Source: Eledone cirrhosa
Lineage: Eukaryota
Direction of reading: 5' to 3'
Assembly (NCBI GenBank): GCA_964016885.1
Contig: OZ024742.1
Span: 361,150,001 to 361,214,000 of the forward strand
Length of the DNA: 64,000 nt
The notes below the pieces were generated by a model. That model did not search any database. It saw only the letters and a list, made by a program, of their open reading frames with translations, and had not been told where the DNA came from. This document shows, piece after piece, positions 15,501 through 29,814 of the stretch. The position numbers were made by a program, and so were the translations under genes. How positions within the stretch are numbered: position 1 is the stretch's first letter; the number at the start of each line of letters is the position of its first letter.

Positions 15501-18180
15501 AGAGTGGGGATATTAGGAGATAGAGTTGGGATATTAGGATGATAGAGTGGTGATATTATGATGAGAGAGTGGTGACATTAGGATGATAGAGTGGGGATAT
15601 TAGGATGAGTGTGTGGTGATAATAGGAGATAGTGTGGGGATATTGGGAAGATAGAGTGGGGACATTAGGATGATAGAGTGGTGTAATTAGGGTGATAGAG
15701 TGGTGACGTTAGGAAGATAGAGTGGGGACATTAGGATGATAGAGTGGTGATATTAGGATGATAGAGTGGTGATATTAGGATGATAGAGTGGTGATGTTAG
15801 GAGATAGAGTGGTGATATTAGGAGATAGAGTGGGGATATTAGGAGATAGAGTCGGGATATTAGGATGATAGAGTGGTGATATTATGATGACAGAGTGGTG
15901 ATAATAGGATGATAGTGTTTTGATATTAGTATGTTAGAGTGGTTATATTAGGACATGGAGTGGGGATATTAGGTTGATAGAGTGGTGATATTAGGAGATA
16001 GAGTGGGGATATTAGGATGATAGGGTTGTGATATTAGTTTGATAGAGTGGGGATATTAGGATGATAGACTGGGGATCTTAGGATGATAGGGTGGGGATAT
16101 TTAGATGATAGAGTGGTGACATTAGGATGATAGAGTGGGGATATTAGGATGAGTGTGTGGTGATAATAGGAGATAGTGTGGGGATATTGGGATGATAGAG
16201 TGGTGACATTAGGAGAGAGAGTGGTGATATTAGGATGATAGAGTGGTGATATTAGGATGATAGTGTGGTGACATTAGGATGATAGATTGGTGACATTAGG
16301 AGAGAGAGTGGTGATATTAGGAGATAGAATCAGGATATTAGGATGATTGAGTGGTGATATTAGGAGATAGAATGGGGATATTAGGAGATAGAGTCGGGAT
16401 ACTAGGATTATAGAGTGGGGACATTAGGATGATAGAGTGGTGATATTAGGAGATAGAGTGGTGATATTAGGAGATAGAGTGGTGATATTAGGATGATAGA
16501 GTGGGGATATTAGGAGATAGAGTCGGGATATTAGCATGATAGAGTGGGGACATTAGGATGATAGAGTTGTGATATTAGGAGATAGAGTGGTGATATTAGG
16601 ATGATAGAGTGGTGATATTAGGATGATAGAGTGGTGATATTAGGAGATAGAGTGGGGATATTAGGATGATAGAGTGGGGATATTAGGAGATATAGTCGTG
16701 ATATTAGGATGATAGAGTGGTGACATTAGGGAGATAGAGTGGTGATATTAGGATGATACAGTGGGGACATTAGGATGATTGAGTGGTGATATTAGGATGA
16801 TAGAGTGGTGATATTAGGATGATAGTGTGGTGATATTAGGATGATAGATTGGGCATATTAGGATGATAGAGTGGTGACGTTAGGATGATAGAGTGGTGAC
16901 ATTAGGATGATAGAGTGGTGACATTAGGATGATAGAGTGGTGATATTAGGATGATTGAGTGGTGACATTAGGATGATAGAGTGGGGATATTAGGATGATA
17001 GAGTGGGGATATTAGGATCATAGAATGGTGACATTAGGATGATAGAGTGGTGACATTAGGATGATAGAGTGGTGACATTAGGATGATAGAGTGGGGATAT
17101 TAGGATGATAGAGTGGTGACATTAGGATGATAGAGTGGTGATATTAGAATGATAGAGTGGTGATATTAGGATGATAGAGTGGTGACATTAGGATGATAGA
17201 GTGGGGATATTAGGATGATAGAGTGGTGACATTAGGATGATAGAGTGGTGATATTAGGATGATAGAGTGGTGATATTAGGATGATAGAGTGGGGATATTA
17301 GGATGATAGAGTGGTGATATTAGGAAGATAGAGTGGTGATACGAGTATGATCGAGTGGTGATATTAGGAGATAAAATGGGGATATTAGGGTGATAGAGTG
17401 GTGACGTTAGGAAGATAGAGTGGGGCTTTAGGATGATAGAGTGGTGATATTATGATGATAGAGTGGTGACATTAGGAGATAGAGTGGGGATATTAGGATG
17501 AGTGTGTGGTGATAATAGGAGATAGTGTGGGGATATTGGGATGATAGATTGGTGATATTATGATGATAGAGTGGTGATATTAGGATGATAGAGTTTTGAT
17601 ATTAGTATGTTAGAGTGGTAATATTAGGACATGGAGTGGGGATATTAGGTTGATAGAGTGGTGATATTAGGAGATAGAGTGGGGATATTAGGATGATAGG
17701 GTTGTGATATTAGGTTGATAGATTGGGGATATTAGGATGATAGACTGGGGATATTAGGATGATAGGGTGGGGATATTTAGATGATAGAGTGGTGACATTA
17801 GGATGATAGAGTGGGGATATTAGGATGAGTGTGTGGTGATAATAGGAGATAGTGTGGGGATATTGGGATGATAGATTGGTGATATTAGGATGATAGTGTG
17901 GGGACATTAGGATGATAGAGTGGTGACATTAGGAGATAGAGTGGTGATATTAGGATGATACAGTGGGGACATTAGGATGATACATTGGTGATATTAGGAT
18001 GATAGAGTGGTGATATTAGGATGATAGAGTGGTGATATTAGGAGATAGAGTCGGATATTAGGATGATAGAGTGGTGACATTAGGATGATAGAGTGGTGAC
18101 ATTAGGATGATAGAGTGGTGACATTAGGATGATAGACTGGGGATATTAGGATGATAGAGTGGTGATATTAGGATGATTGA
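9560..18180. repeat. Satellite higher-order repeat layer C (~2.44-kb unit, 3 copies; ~1.4 kb of extra monomers between copies 2 and 3)
   Basis: The marker GTGTTTTGATATTAGTATGTTAG occurs at 9666, 12103 and 15915. Identical spurious 65-aa ORFs sit at 11461, 13898 and 17710 (spacings 2437 and 3812). Confidence 0.9.
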
Positions 18181-21100
18181 GTGGTGACATTAGGATGATA
18201 GAGTGGGGATATTAGGATGATAGAGTGGTGATATTAGGATGATTGAGTGGTGACATTAGGATGATAGAGTGGGGATATTAGGATCATAGAATGGTGACAT
18301 TAGGATGATAGAGTGGTGACATTAGGATGATAGAGTGGTGACATTAGGATGATAGGGTGGTGATATTAGGATGATAGAGTGGTGACATTAGGATGATTGA
18401 GTGGTGACATTAGGATGATAGAGTGGGGATATTAGGATGAAAGGGTGGGGATATTAGGATGAGAGAGTGGTGATATTAGGATGATAGAGTGGGGATCTTA
18501 GGATCATAGAATGGTGACATTAGTATGATAGAGTGGTGACATTAGGATGATAGAGTGGTGACATTAGGATGATAGAGTGGTGATATTAGGATGATAGGGT
18601 GGGGATATTAGGATGATTGAGTGGGGATATTAGGATCATAGAATGGTGACATTAGTATGATAGAGTGGTGACATTAGGATGATAGAGTGGTGACATTAGG
18701 ATGATAGAGTGGTGACATTAGGATGATTGAGTGGTGACATTAGGATGATAGAGTGGGGATATTAGGATGATAGAGTGGTGACATTAGGATGATAGAGTGG
18801 TGACATTAGGATGATAGGGTTGTGATATTAGGATGATTGAGTGGTGACATTAGGATTATAGAGTGGTGATATTAGGATGATAGTGTGGTGACATTAGGAT
18901 TATAGAGTGGGGATATTAGGATGATAGAGTGGGGATATTAGGATGATAGGGTGGTGATATTAGAATGATAGGGTGGTGATATTAGGATGATAGATTGGGC
19001 ATATTAGGATGATAGAGTGGTGACATTAGGATGATAGAGTGGTGATATTAGGATGGTAGAGTGGTGATATTAGGATGATAGAGTGGGGCTATTAGGATGA
19101 TAGAGTGGTGATATTAGCATGATAGAGTCGTGATATTAGTATGATAGAGTGGGGATATTAGGATGATAGAGTGGTGATATTATGATGATAGAGTGGGGAT
19201 TTTAGGATGAGAGAGTGGTGATATTAGGATGATAGAGTGGGGATTTTAGGATGATAGAGTGGTGATATTAGTATGATCAATTGGTGATATGAGGATGATA
19301 GAGTGGTGATATTAAGATGATAGATTGGTGATATTAGGATGATAGAGTGGTGATATTAGTATGATTGAGTTGGGATATTAGGATGATAGAGTGGTGACAT
19401 TAGTATGATAGATTGGTGATATTAGGATGGTAGAGTGGTGATATTAGGATGGTAGAGTGGTGATATTAGGATGATAGAGTGGGGCTATTAGGATGATAGA
19501 GTGGTGATATTAGCATGATAGAGTGGTGATATTAGGAGATAGAGTGGGGATATAAGGGTGATAGAGTGGTGATATTAGGATGATAGAGTGGGGATATTGG
19601 ATGATAGAGTGGTGATATTAAGTTGATAGAGTGGGGATATTAGGATGATAGACTGGGGATATTAGGATGATAGGGTAGGGATATTAGTATGATAGAATTG
19701 TGATATTAGTATGATAGAGTGGGGATTTTAGGATGATAGAGTGGTGATATTAGGGGATAGAGTGGGGATATTAGTATGATAGAGTGGGGATATTAGGAGA
19801 TATAGTGGGGATATTATGTTGATGGAGTGGGGATATTAGGATGATAGAGTGGTGATTTTAGGATGATAGAGTGGTGATATTAGTATGATAGAGTGGGGAT
19901 ATTGGGATGATAGAGTGGTGATATTAGGATGATAGAGTGGTTCATATTAGGATGATAGAGTGGGGATATTAGGATGATGGAGTGGTGATATTAGTATGAT
20001 CGAGTGGTGATATGAGGATGATAGAGTGGTGATATTAGGATGATAGAGTGGTGATATTAGTATGATAGATTGGTGATATTAGGATGGTAGAGTGGTGATA
20101 TTAGGATGGTAGAGTGGTGATATTAGGATGATAGAGTGGGGCTATTAGGATGATAGAGTGGTGATATTAGCATGATAGAGTGGTGATATTAGGAGATAGA
20201 GTGGGGATATAAGGGTGATAGAGTGGCAACATTAGGATGATAGAGTGGGGACATTAGGATGATAGATAGGTGATATTAGGATGATAGAATGGTGATATTA
20301 GGAGATAGAGTGGTGATATTAGGAGATAGAGTGGTGATATTAGGATGATAGAGTGGTGATATTAGTATGTTAGTGTGGTTATATTAGGAGATGGAGTGGG
20401 GATATTAGGTCGATAGAGTGGCGATATTAGGAGATAGAGTGAGGATATTAAGATGATAGTGTGGGGATATTGGATGATAGGGTGGGTTATTAGGATGATC
20501 GAGTGGTGATATTAGGATGATAGAGTGGTGATATTAGGTTGATAGAGTGGTGATATTAGGATGATAGGGTGAGGATGTTTAGATGATAGAGTGGGGACAT
20601 TAGGATGATAGAGTGGTGAAATTAGGATGATAGAGTGGGAATATTAGGATATACAGTGCTGATATTAGGATGATAGAGTGCTGATATTAGGATGATAGAG
20701 TGGGGATTTAGGATGATAGAGTGGTGATATTTGGATGATAGAGTGGTGATAGGATGATAGAGTGGTTATATTAGGATGATCGAGTGGTGATATGATCATG
20801 ATAGAGTGGTGATATTAGGATGATAGAGTGGGGATATTAGGATGATAGAGTGGTGATATTAGGATGATAAAGTGGTGATATTAGTATGATAGAGTGGTGA
20901 TATTAGTATGATAGGTTGGTGATATTAGGATGATAGAGTGGTGATATTAGGATAATAGAGTGGGGGATATTAGGATGATAGGGTGGGAGATATTATGATG
21001 ATAGAATGGTGACATTAGGATGATAGGGTGGTGATATTAGGATGATAGTGGGGATATTAGGATGATAGAGTGGGGATATTAGAATGATAGAGTGGGGATA

Positions 21101-22546
21101 TTAGAATGATGGAGTGGGGATATTAGAATGATAGAGTGGGGATATTAGAATGATAGAGTGGGGATATTAGGATGATAGAGTAGGTATCTTAGGATGATAT
21201 TGTTTGGATATTAGGATGATAGAGTGGTGATATTAGTATGTTAGAGTGGTTATATTAGGATATGGAGTCGGGATATTAGGTTGATAGTGTGGTGATATTA
21301 GGAGATAGAGTGGCGATATTAGGATGATAGGGTGGCGATATTGGATGATAGAGTGGGGATATTAGGATGATAGAGTGGTGATATTAGTATGATAGAGTGG
21401 GATATTAGGATGATAGAGTGGGGATATTAGGATGATAGAGTGGTGATATTAGGATGATAGAGTGGTGATATTAGGATGATAGAGTGGGGATATTAGGATG
21501 ATAGAGTGGTGATATTAGTATGTTAGAGTGGTTATATTAGGATATGGAGTCGGGATATTAGGTTGATAGTGTGGTGATATTAGGAGATAGAGTGGCGATA
21601 TTAGCATGATAGAGTGGTGATATTAAGAGATTGAGTGGGGATATTAGGATGATAGAATGGTAATATCAGGATGATAGAGTGGTGATATTAGGAGATATAG
21701 TGGGGATGTTAGGATGATGGAATGGTAATATTAGGATGATAGAGTGGTGATATTAGGATGATGGAGTGGTGATATTATTATGATAGGGTGGTGATATTAG
21801 GATGTAAGAGTGGTGATATTAGGATGATAGAGTGCTGATATTAGGATGATAGAGTGCTGATATTAGGATGATAGGGTGGGGATATTAGTATGATAGGGCG
21901 GGGATATTTGGATGATATTGTGATCATATTCTGATTATATTGATGATATTGTGATTATATAATGATTCTGTGTAGATATTGTGATTATATAATGATTCTG
22001 TTATGATATTACAATGATATTGTAATGATATTGTGGTGATATTGCAATAATATTGGTATGTTTTATTTATTCAATTTAAATGACCAGTATAGAGCTAGTA
22101 AGCTATGACAGACTCAGGGAGGTATTGAGTACTCCTTACAGTTGGTAATCAAAAAGAGCTTGTGAGACAAGTAATAAAACGAAAATAAAAAAATTAAAAA
22201 TGATATTATGATATTGACAATATCGTAATGTTATTCTGGTGATATTGTGATGATACTGAGGATATTGTGATGATAGCTATCATCGCAATATCCTCACTAT
22301 TGTGGTGTTATTGATAATATGGTGTAGATATAGTGATGGATATCTGGTGATATTGTGATGGCAATGATATGATATTCATGATATTGTGATAAATTAGTGA
22401 TGGTCTAGTGATGATTTACTGAGGATATGGTAATAATATGGTGGTGATGATATTGTGATGATGATATTGTGAGGATTTTGGCAACCAAAAAGAAAAAAAA
22501 AAGAAGAAAAGGAAAACAAAAATTGTGAGGAAATTGATATTGTGAT

Positions 22547-23672
22547 CATCATCATCATCATCACCGTTTTACGTCCGTTCTTCCACGCTAGCATGGGTTA
22601 GACGGGTTGTCCTGTTGTGGGCAGTGTCTGGTCGGCTGACCATGCCTTGCTCATACAGGAACTGATCTGGCTTGATTTCTACAGCTGGATGCCCTTCCTA
22701 ACACCAACCTCATTTACAGTGAGTGCTGGGTGCTTTTTCGTGGCGCCTACACGTCCACTTTACAGTGTGGGCTGGGTGCTTTTTTGCCGTGGCACCTCCA
22801 CGACCACCTTGCGGTGGGGGGGGGGGGCATATTGTTCATATGCTTCAGCATGTACCCATGGGAGGTCGGGTACCCTGTATTACTGCGTGACGCCAGAAGT
22901 CACGGTCATGTGTCATTGACTTTGAGAGGTGTAGTTGGGTAAGGTCGGCTTTTATCACCTCATCCCAAGTCATCTTGGGTCTCCCCACTCCGCGGTTTCC
23001 ATCAACTTCTAGTGCTCTGCACCTTTTTATGCAGCTGTCATCCTTCATACGCATCACATGTCCATACCAGCGTAACCGCCTCTCCTGCACGCAGCATTTG
23101 ATTCCTCTTATGCTCAGTCTCTCTCTCAATTCATTTATGCTTTGTCGTTCACGTATATTACTGTTACACATCCATCGGAGCATGCAGGCTTCGTTTCTCT
23201 CTAATCTACGTAAGTCTTCCACCTTCAGCGCCCAGGTCTCACTACCATGCAACATCGCTGTTCGGATACACGCATCATACAGTCTGCCTTTCATTCTGAG
23301 GGAGAAGCCTTTTGCAGCTAGCAGTGGTAGTAGTTCCCTAAACTTCTTCCATCCCGTTCTTACCCTAGTTATTGTACTTTCTGAGCACCCACCTCCGTTG
23401 CTAATTCGGTCACCTAGGTAGCAGAAGCTGTCTACTGTTTCTACAGGGCCCTCCCAGAGATTGGTGGTACTTGTTTCCTGTGGCTGTTTGCTTGCTGTTT
23501 CAGCACAGCTGCTGCATGTGAATCCTACATTCTTAATTAAGCTTCCTGAGATCCCGCTACATCTCTTGTGTACCCATTGTTTGCATTTGGGGCAAAGAAT
23601 GGAGTTCCTACCTACACCTTTCCTACATACTGAGCAAGGCTATTTCCCTGAGGGGATCTGGGTTCTGTTTTC
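22547..23672 (-). mobile_element. 5'-truncated RTE-clade LINE (subfamily distinct from the 30-41 kb copies) with (GAT)n tail and 7-bp TSD TTGTGAT
   Basis: RTE C-terminal peptide (LHGSETW...RRLRWYGHVMR...GRPKMTW), 3' UTR and tail. TTGTGAT at 22540-22546 and 23673-23679. The empty site is present in the other macro-repeat copies (~26120, ~29062). Confidence 0.95.
22845..23672 (-). pseudogene. RTE ORF C-terminal remnant including the PHD-like finger; W-to-stop change at ~23640
   Basis: The minus strand reads SGK*PCSVCRKGVGRNSILCPKCKQWVHKRC. The ORF track 22845..23294 gives the C-terminus. Confidence 0.9.
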
Positions 23673-24964
23673 TTGTGATATTGACGATATTGGTAATCAA
23701 AAAGAAAAAAAAGAAAATAATAGTGATGATATATTGATGATATGGTGGTGATATGGTAGTGAAATTGAGTGGTATTGATGATATGTTCTTGTGGTGATAT
23801 AGGGAAGATATTGGTAATCAAAAATAAAAATATGAAAAAAAGAGAAAAAAGGAATAAAAGAGAAAAGAATGAAAAGAAATGTGATGTGATGTGATATTGT
23901 GATGGCATTGATAATAAAGTGATGATGTTGATGGTATAGTGGTGATATTGCTGGTATAGTGATGATATTGTGGTGATATTGTGATGGTAAAGTGATGGTG
24001 TTTTGATAATAAAGTGATGGTATTATGATGATTAAGTGATGATATTTTGATGATATAGTGATGATAAAGTGATGATATTGTGATGGTATTGATAATGTGA
24101 TGATATATTGAAGATTATGATGATATTGTGATGGTATTGGAATGATATTGTGATGATATTTGTTAATATTGATGTTATTGTGAAGATATTGGTAATAAAA
24201 AAATTGAAAAAAAAAAAGAAAAAGAAGAAAAGAAGAAAAGAAAAAATTGTGATTGCTGTGATATATGGTATTGTAATTGTAGTGATATGGTATTGATGAT
24301 ATTGTCATGTTGAAGTTTTACTGATGTTATTGTGGTGATATTATGAAGATATTGGTAATAAAAAAAAATGAAAAAAAGAAAAAAAAAAGAAAAAAAAGAA
24401 AAAAGAAAAAAAGAAGAGAAAAAAAGAAAAGAAAAAAATATGTTTGTTGTGATACAGTAATGATATTGTGATGGTAGTAATATGGTATTGATGATATTGT
24501 GATGGTAGTGATGATATTGTGATGGTAGTGATATGGTACTGATGATATTGGTAATCAAAAATAAAAGAAAAACTAAAAATGTGATGATAAAGTGATGATA
24601 TGGTGATGCTATTGTGATGGTATTGTGATGCTTTTGTGATGATAAAATGACGATAAAGTGATGATATTGTGATGCTATTGTGATGGTATTGTGATGCTTT
24701 TGTGATGATAAAATGACGATAAAGTGATGATATTGTGATAATTTAGTGATGGTTTAGTGATGATTCAGTAAGGATATGGTAATAATATTGTGATGATTTT
24801 GGCAACCAAAAAGAAAAAAAGAGGACAAAAGGAAAAGAATAATTGTGATGACAAAGATATTGTGATATTGACGATATTGGTAAACAAAAAAAGACAAAAC
24901 AAAAAATAGTGATGATATATTGATATGGTGGTGATATGGTGGTGATATTGAGTGATATGGGGGT

Positions 24965-25520
24965 ATTGATGATATTGTGATGGTAGTGATATGGTGGTGA
25001 TGATATTTTGATGGTAGTGATATGGTGGTGATGATATTGTGATGGTAGTGATATGGTGGTGATGATATTGTGATGGTAGTGATATGGTGGTGATGATATT
25101 GTGATGGTAGTGATATGGTGGTGATGATATTGTGATGGTAGTGATATGATGGTGATGATATTGTGATGGTAGTGATATGGTGGTGACGATATTGTGATGA
25201 TAGTGATATGGTGGTGATGATATTGTGATGGTTGTGATATGGTGGTGATGATATTGTGATGGTAGTGATATGGTAGTGATATGGTGGTGACGATATTGTG
25301 ATGATAGTGATATGGTGGTGATGATATTGTGATGGTAGTGATATGGTAGTGATATGGTGGTGATTATATTGTGATGGTATTGATATGGTGGTGATGATAT
25401 TGTGATGGTAGTGATATGGTGGTGATGATATTGTGACGGTAGTGATATGGTGGTGACTATATTGGGATTGTAGTGATATGGTGGTGATGATATTGTGATG
25501 ATTGTGATATGGTAGTGATG
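24965..25520. repeat. 31-bp minisatellite GATATTGTGATGGTAGTGATATGGTGGTGAT (paralogous array at ~27850-28435)
   Basis: 31-nt period, e.g. TATGGTGGTG at 25021 and 25052. Confidence 0.85.
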
Positions 25521-28500
25521 ATATTGTGATAATGTGATGATATTGTGATTATATTCTGATTATATTGATGATATTGTGATTATATAATGATTATGTGATG
25601 ATATTACAATGATATTGTAATGATATTGTGGTGATATTGTAATGATATTGTGGTGATATTGCAATAATTTTGGTATGATTTATTTATTCAATTTAAATGA
25701 CCAGTATAGAGCTAGTAAGCTATGACAGACTCAGGGAGGTATTGAGTACTCCTTACAGTTGGTAATCAAAAAGAGCTTGTGAGACAAGTAATAAAATAAA
25801 AATTAAAAAAATTAAAAATGATATTATGATATTGACAATATTGTAATGTTATTCTGGTGATATTGTGATGATATTGAGGATATTGTGGTGTTATTGATAA
25901 TATGGTGTAGATATAGTGATGGATATCTGGTGATATTGTGATGGCAATGATATGATATTCTTGATATTGTGATAAATTAGTGATGGTCTAGTGATGATTT
26001 ACTGAGGATATGGTAATAATATGGTGGTGATGATATTGTGATGATGATATTGTGAGGATTTTGGCAACCAAAAAGAAAAAAAAAGAACAAAAGGAAAACA
26101 AAAGTTGTGAGGAAAATGATATTGTGATATTGACGATATTGGTAATCAAAAAGAAAAAAAAAGAAAATAATAATGATGATATATTGATGATATGGTGGTG
26201 ATATGGTAGTGATATTGAGTGATATTGATGATATGTTCTTGTGGTGATATAGGGAAGATATTGGTAATCAAAAATAAAAATATGAAAAAAAAGAGAAAAA
26301 AGGAATAAATGAGAAAAAAATGAAAAGAAATGTGATGTGATATTGTGATGGCATTGATCATAAAGTGATGATATTGATGGTATAGTGGTGATATTGCTGG
26401 TATAGTGATGATATTGTGGCGATATTGTGGTGATATTGTGATGGTAAAGTGATGGTGTTTTGATAATAAAGTGATGGTATTATGATGATAAAGTGATGAC
26501 ATTTTGATGATAAAGTGATGATATAGTGATGATAAAGTGATGATATTTTGATGGTATTGATAATGTGATGATATATTGAAGATTATGATGATATTATGAT
26601 GGTATTGGAATGATATTGTGATGATATTTGTTAATATTGATGTTATTGTGAAGATATTGGTAATAAAAAAATTGAAAAAAATAAAGAAAAAGAAGAAAAG
26701 AAGAAAAGAAAAAATTGTGATTGCTGTGATATATGGTATTGTAATTGTAGTGATATGGTATTGATGATATTGTGATGATAGTGATATGGTATTGATGATA
26801 TTGTGGTGATATTTTGATCATATGGATGTTATTGGGATGATATTGGTAATCAAAAAGAAAAAAAAAAGAAAGATCTGATATTGTGATGATAAAGTGATGA
26901 TATATTGATGTTATTGTGATGTTCTATTGTGACTATATTGTTATGATATAGTGAAGATATTTTGATGCTATTATGTTGATATTGGTAATCAAAAATGATA
27001 TTGTACTGTTGAAGTTTTACTGATGATATTGATGATTTGGTGGTATTGTGATGAGATTGTGAAGAGATTGTGATGAGATTGTGGATAAATGGTGATGATA
27101 TTTGGTAATACTGATGTTATTGTGGTGATATTATGAAGATATTGGTAATAAAAAAAAATGAAAGAAAGAAAAAAAAGAAAAAAAAGAAGAGAAAAAAAGA
27201 AGAGAAAAAAAGAAGAGAAAAAAAGAAGAGAAAAAAAGAAGAGGAAAAAAGAAGAGAAAAAAAGAAGAGAAAAAAAGAAAAGAAAAAATATGTTTCTTGT
27301 GATACAGTAATGATATTGTGATGGTAGTGATGATATTGTGATGGTAGTGATATGGTAGTGATGATATTGGTAATCAAAAATAAAAGTAAAACAAAAAAAT
27401 GTGATGATAAAGTGATGATATTGTGATGCTATTGTGATGGTATTGTGATGCTTTTGTGATGATAAAATGATGATAAAGTGATGATATTGTGATGCTATTG
27501 TGATGGTATTGTGATGCTTTTGTGATGATAAAATGACGATAAAGTGATGATATTGTGATGCTATTGTGATGGTATTGTGATGCTTTTGTGATGATAAAAT
27601 GACGATAAAGTGATGATATTGTGATAATTTAGTGATGGTTTAGTGATGATTCAGTAAGGATATGGTAATAATATTGTGATGATTTTGGCAACCAAAAAGA
27701 AAAAAAAAGGACAAAAGGAAAAGAATAATTGTGATGAAAAAGATATTGTGATATTGACGATATTGGTAAACGAAAAAAGACAAAACAAAAAATAGTGATG
27801 ATATATTGATATGGTGGTGATATGGTGGTGATATTGAGTGATACGGGGGTATTGATGATATTGTGATGGTAGTGATATGGTGGTGATGATATTGTGATGG
27901 TAGTGATATGGTGGTGATGATATTGTGATGGTAGTGATATGGTAGTGATATGGTGGTGATAATATTGTGATGGTAGTGATATGCTGGTTATGATATTGTG
28001 ATGGTAGTGATATGGTGGTGATGATATTGTGATGGTAGTGATATGGTAGTGATATGGTGGTTATGATATTGTGATGGTAGTGATATCCTAGTGATATGGT
28101 GGTGATGATATTGTGATGGTAGTGATATGGTAGTGATGATATTGTGATGGTAGTGATATGGTGGTGATGATATTGTGATGGTTGTGATATGGTGGTGATG
28201 ATATTGTGATGGTAGTGATATGGTGGTGATGATATTGTGATGGTAGTGATATGGTGGTGATGATATTGTGATGGTAGTGATATGGTAGTGATATGGTGCT
28301 GATGATATTGTGATGGTAGTGATATGGTGGTGATGATATTGTGACGGTAGTGATATGGTGGTGACTATATTGGGATTGTAGTGATATGGTGGTGATGATA
28401 TTGTGATGGTTGTGATATGGTAGTGATGATATTGTGATAAAGTGATGATATTGTGATTATATTCTGAGTATATTGATGATATTGTGATTATATAATGATT

Positions 28501-29814
28501 CTGTGATGATATTACAATGATATTGTAATGATATTGTGGTGATATTGTAATGATATTGTGGTGATATTGCAATAATATTGGTATGATTTATTTATTCAAT
28601 TTAAATGACCAGTATAGAGCTAGTAAGCCATGACAGACTCAGGGAGGTATTGAGTACTCCTTACAGTTGGTAATCAAAAAGAGCTTGAGACAAGTAATAA
28701 AATGAAAATTAAAAAAATTAAAAATGATATTATGATATTGACAATATTGTAATGTTATTCTGGTGATATTGTGATAATATTGAGGATATTGTGATGATAG
28801 CTATCATCACAATATCCTCAATATTGTGGTGTTATTGATAATATGGTGTAGATATAGTGATGGATATCTGGTGATATTGTGATGGCAACGATATGATATT
28901 CATGATATTGTGATAAATTAGTGATGGTCTAGTGATGATTTACTGAGGATATGGTAATAATATGGTGGTGATGATATTGTGATGATGATATTGTGAGGAT
29001 TTTGGCAACCAAAAAGAAAGAAAAAAGAACAAAAGGAAAACAAAAGTTGTGAGGAAAATGATATTGTGATATTGACGATATTGGTAATCAAAAAGAAAAA
29101 AAAAAAAATAATAGTGATGATATATTGATGATATGGTGGTGATATTGAGTGATATTGATGATATGTTCTTGTGGTGATATAGGGAAGATATTGGTAATCA
29201 AAAATAAAAATATGAAAAAAAAGAGAAAAAAGGAATAAATGAGAAAAAAAAGAAAAGAAATGTGATGTGATATTGTGATGGCATTGATCATGAAGTGATG
29301 ATATTGATGGTATAGTGGTGATATTGCTGGTATAGTGATGATATTGTGGCGATATTGTGGTGATATTGTGATGGTAAAGTGATGGTGTTTTGATAATAAA
29401 GTGATGGTATTATGATGATAAAGTGATGACATTTTGATGATAAAGTGATGATATAGTGATGATAAAGTGATGATATTTTGATGGTATTGATAATGTGATG
29501 ATATATTGAAGATTATGATGATATTATGATGGTATTGGAATGATATTGTGATGATATTTGTTAATATTGATGTTATTGTGAAGATATTGGTAATAAAAAA
29601 ATTGAAAAAAATAAAGACAAAGAAGAAAAGAAGAAAAGAAGAAAAGAAGAAAAGAAGAAAAGAAGAAAAGAAAAAATTGTGATTGCTGTGATATATGGTA
29701 TTGTAATTGTAGTGATATGGTATTGATGATATTGTGATGATAGTGATATGGTATTGATGATATTGTGGTGATATTTTGATCATATGGATGTTATTGGGAT
29801 GATATTGGTAATCA

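Larger units (their letters stand above)
1..21912. repeat. 22-bp tandem satellite array, consensus TATTAGGATGATAGAGTGG(T/G)GA, with higher-order repeats; runs off the left edge of the window
   Basis: Continuous 22-nt periodicity with frequent 21-nt variants (TAGGAGATAG). The + strand is almost devoid of C. Diagnostic variant blocks recur at kb spacing. Confidence 0.98.

Noticed and set aside
11461-17907. Three identical 65-aa His/Pro/Ile-rich ORFs
   Set aside because: They are chance stop-free stretches on the C-rich strand of the satellite, repeated by the HOR.
1-21912. CRISPR-like regular repeats
   Set aside because: The monomers are head-to-tail with no unique spacers, there are no cas genes, and the context is eukaryotic.
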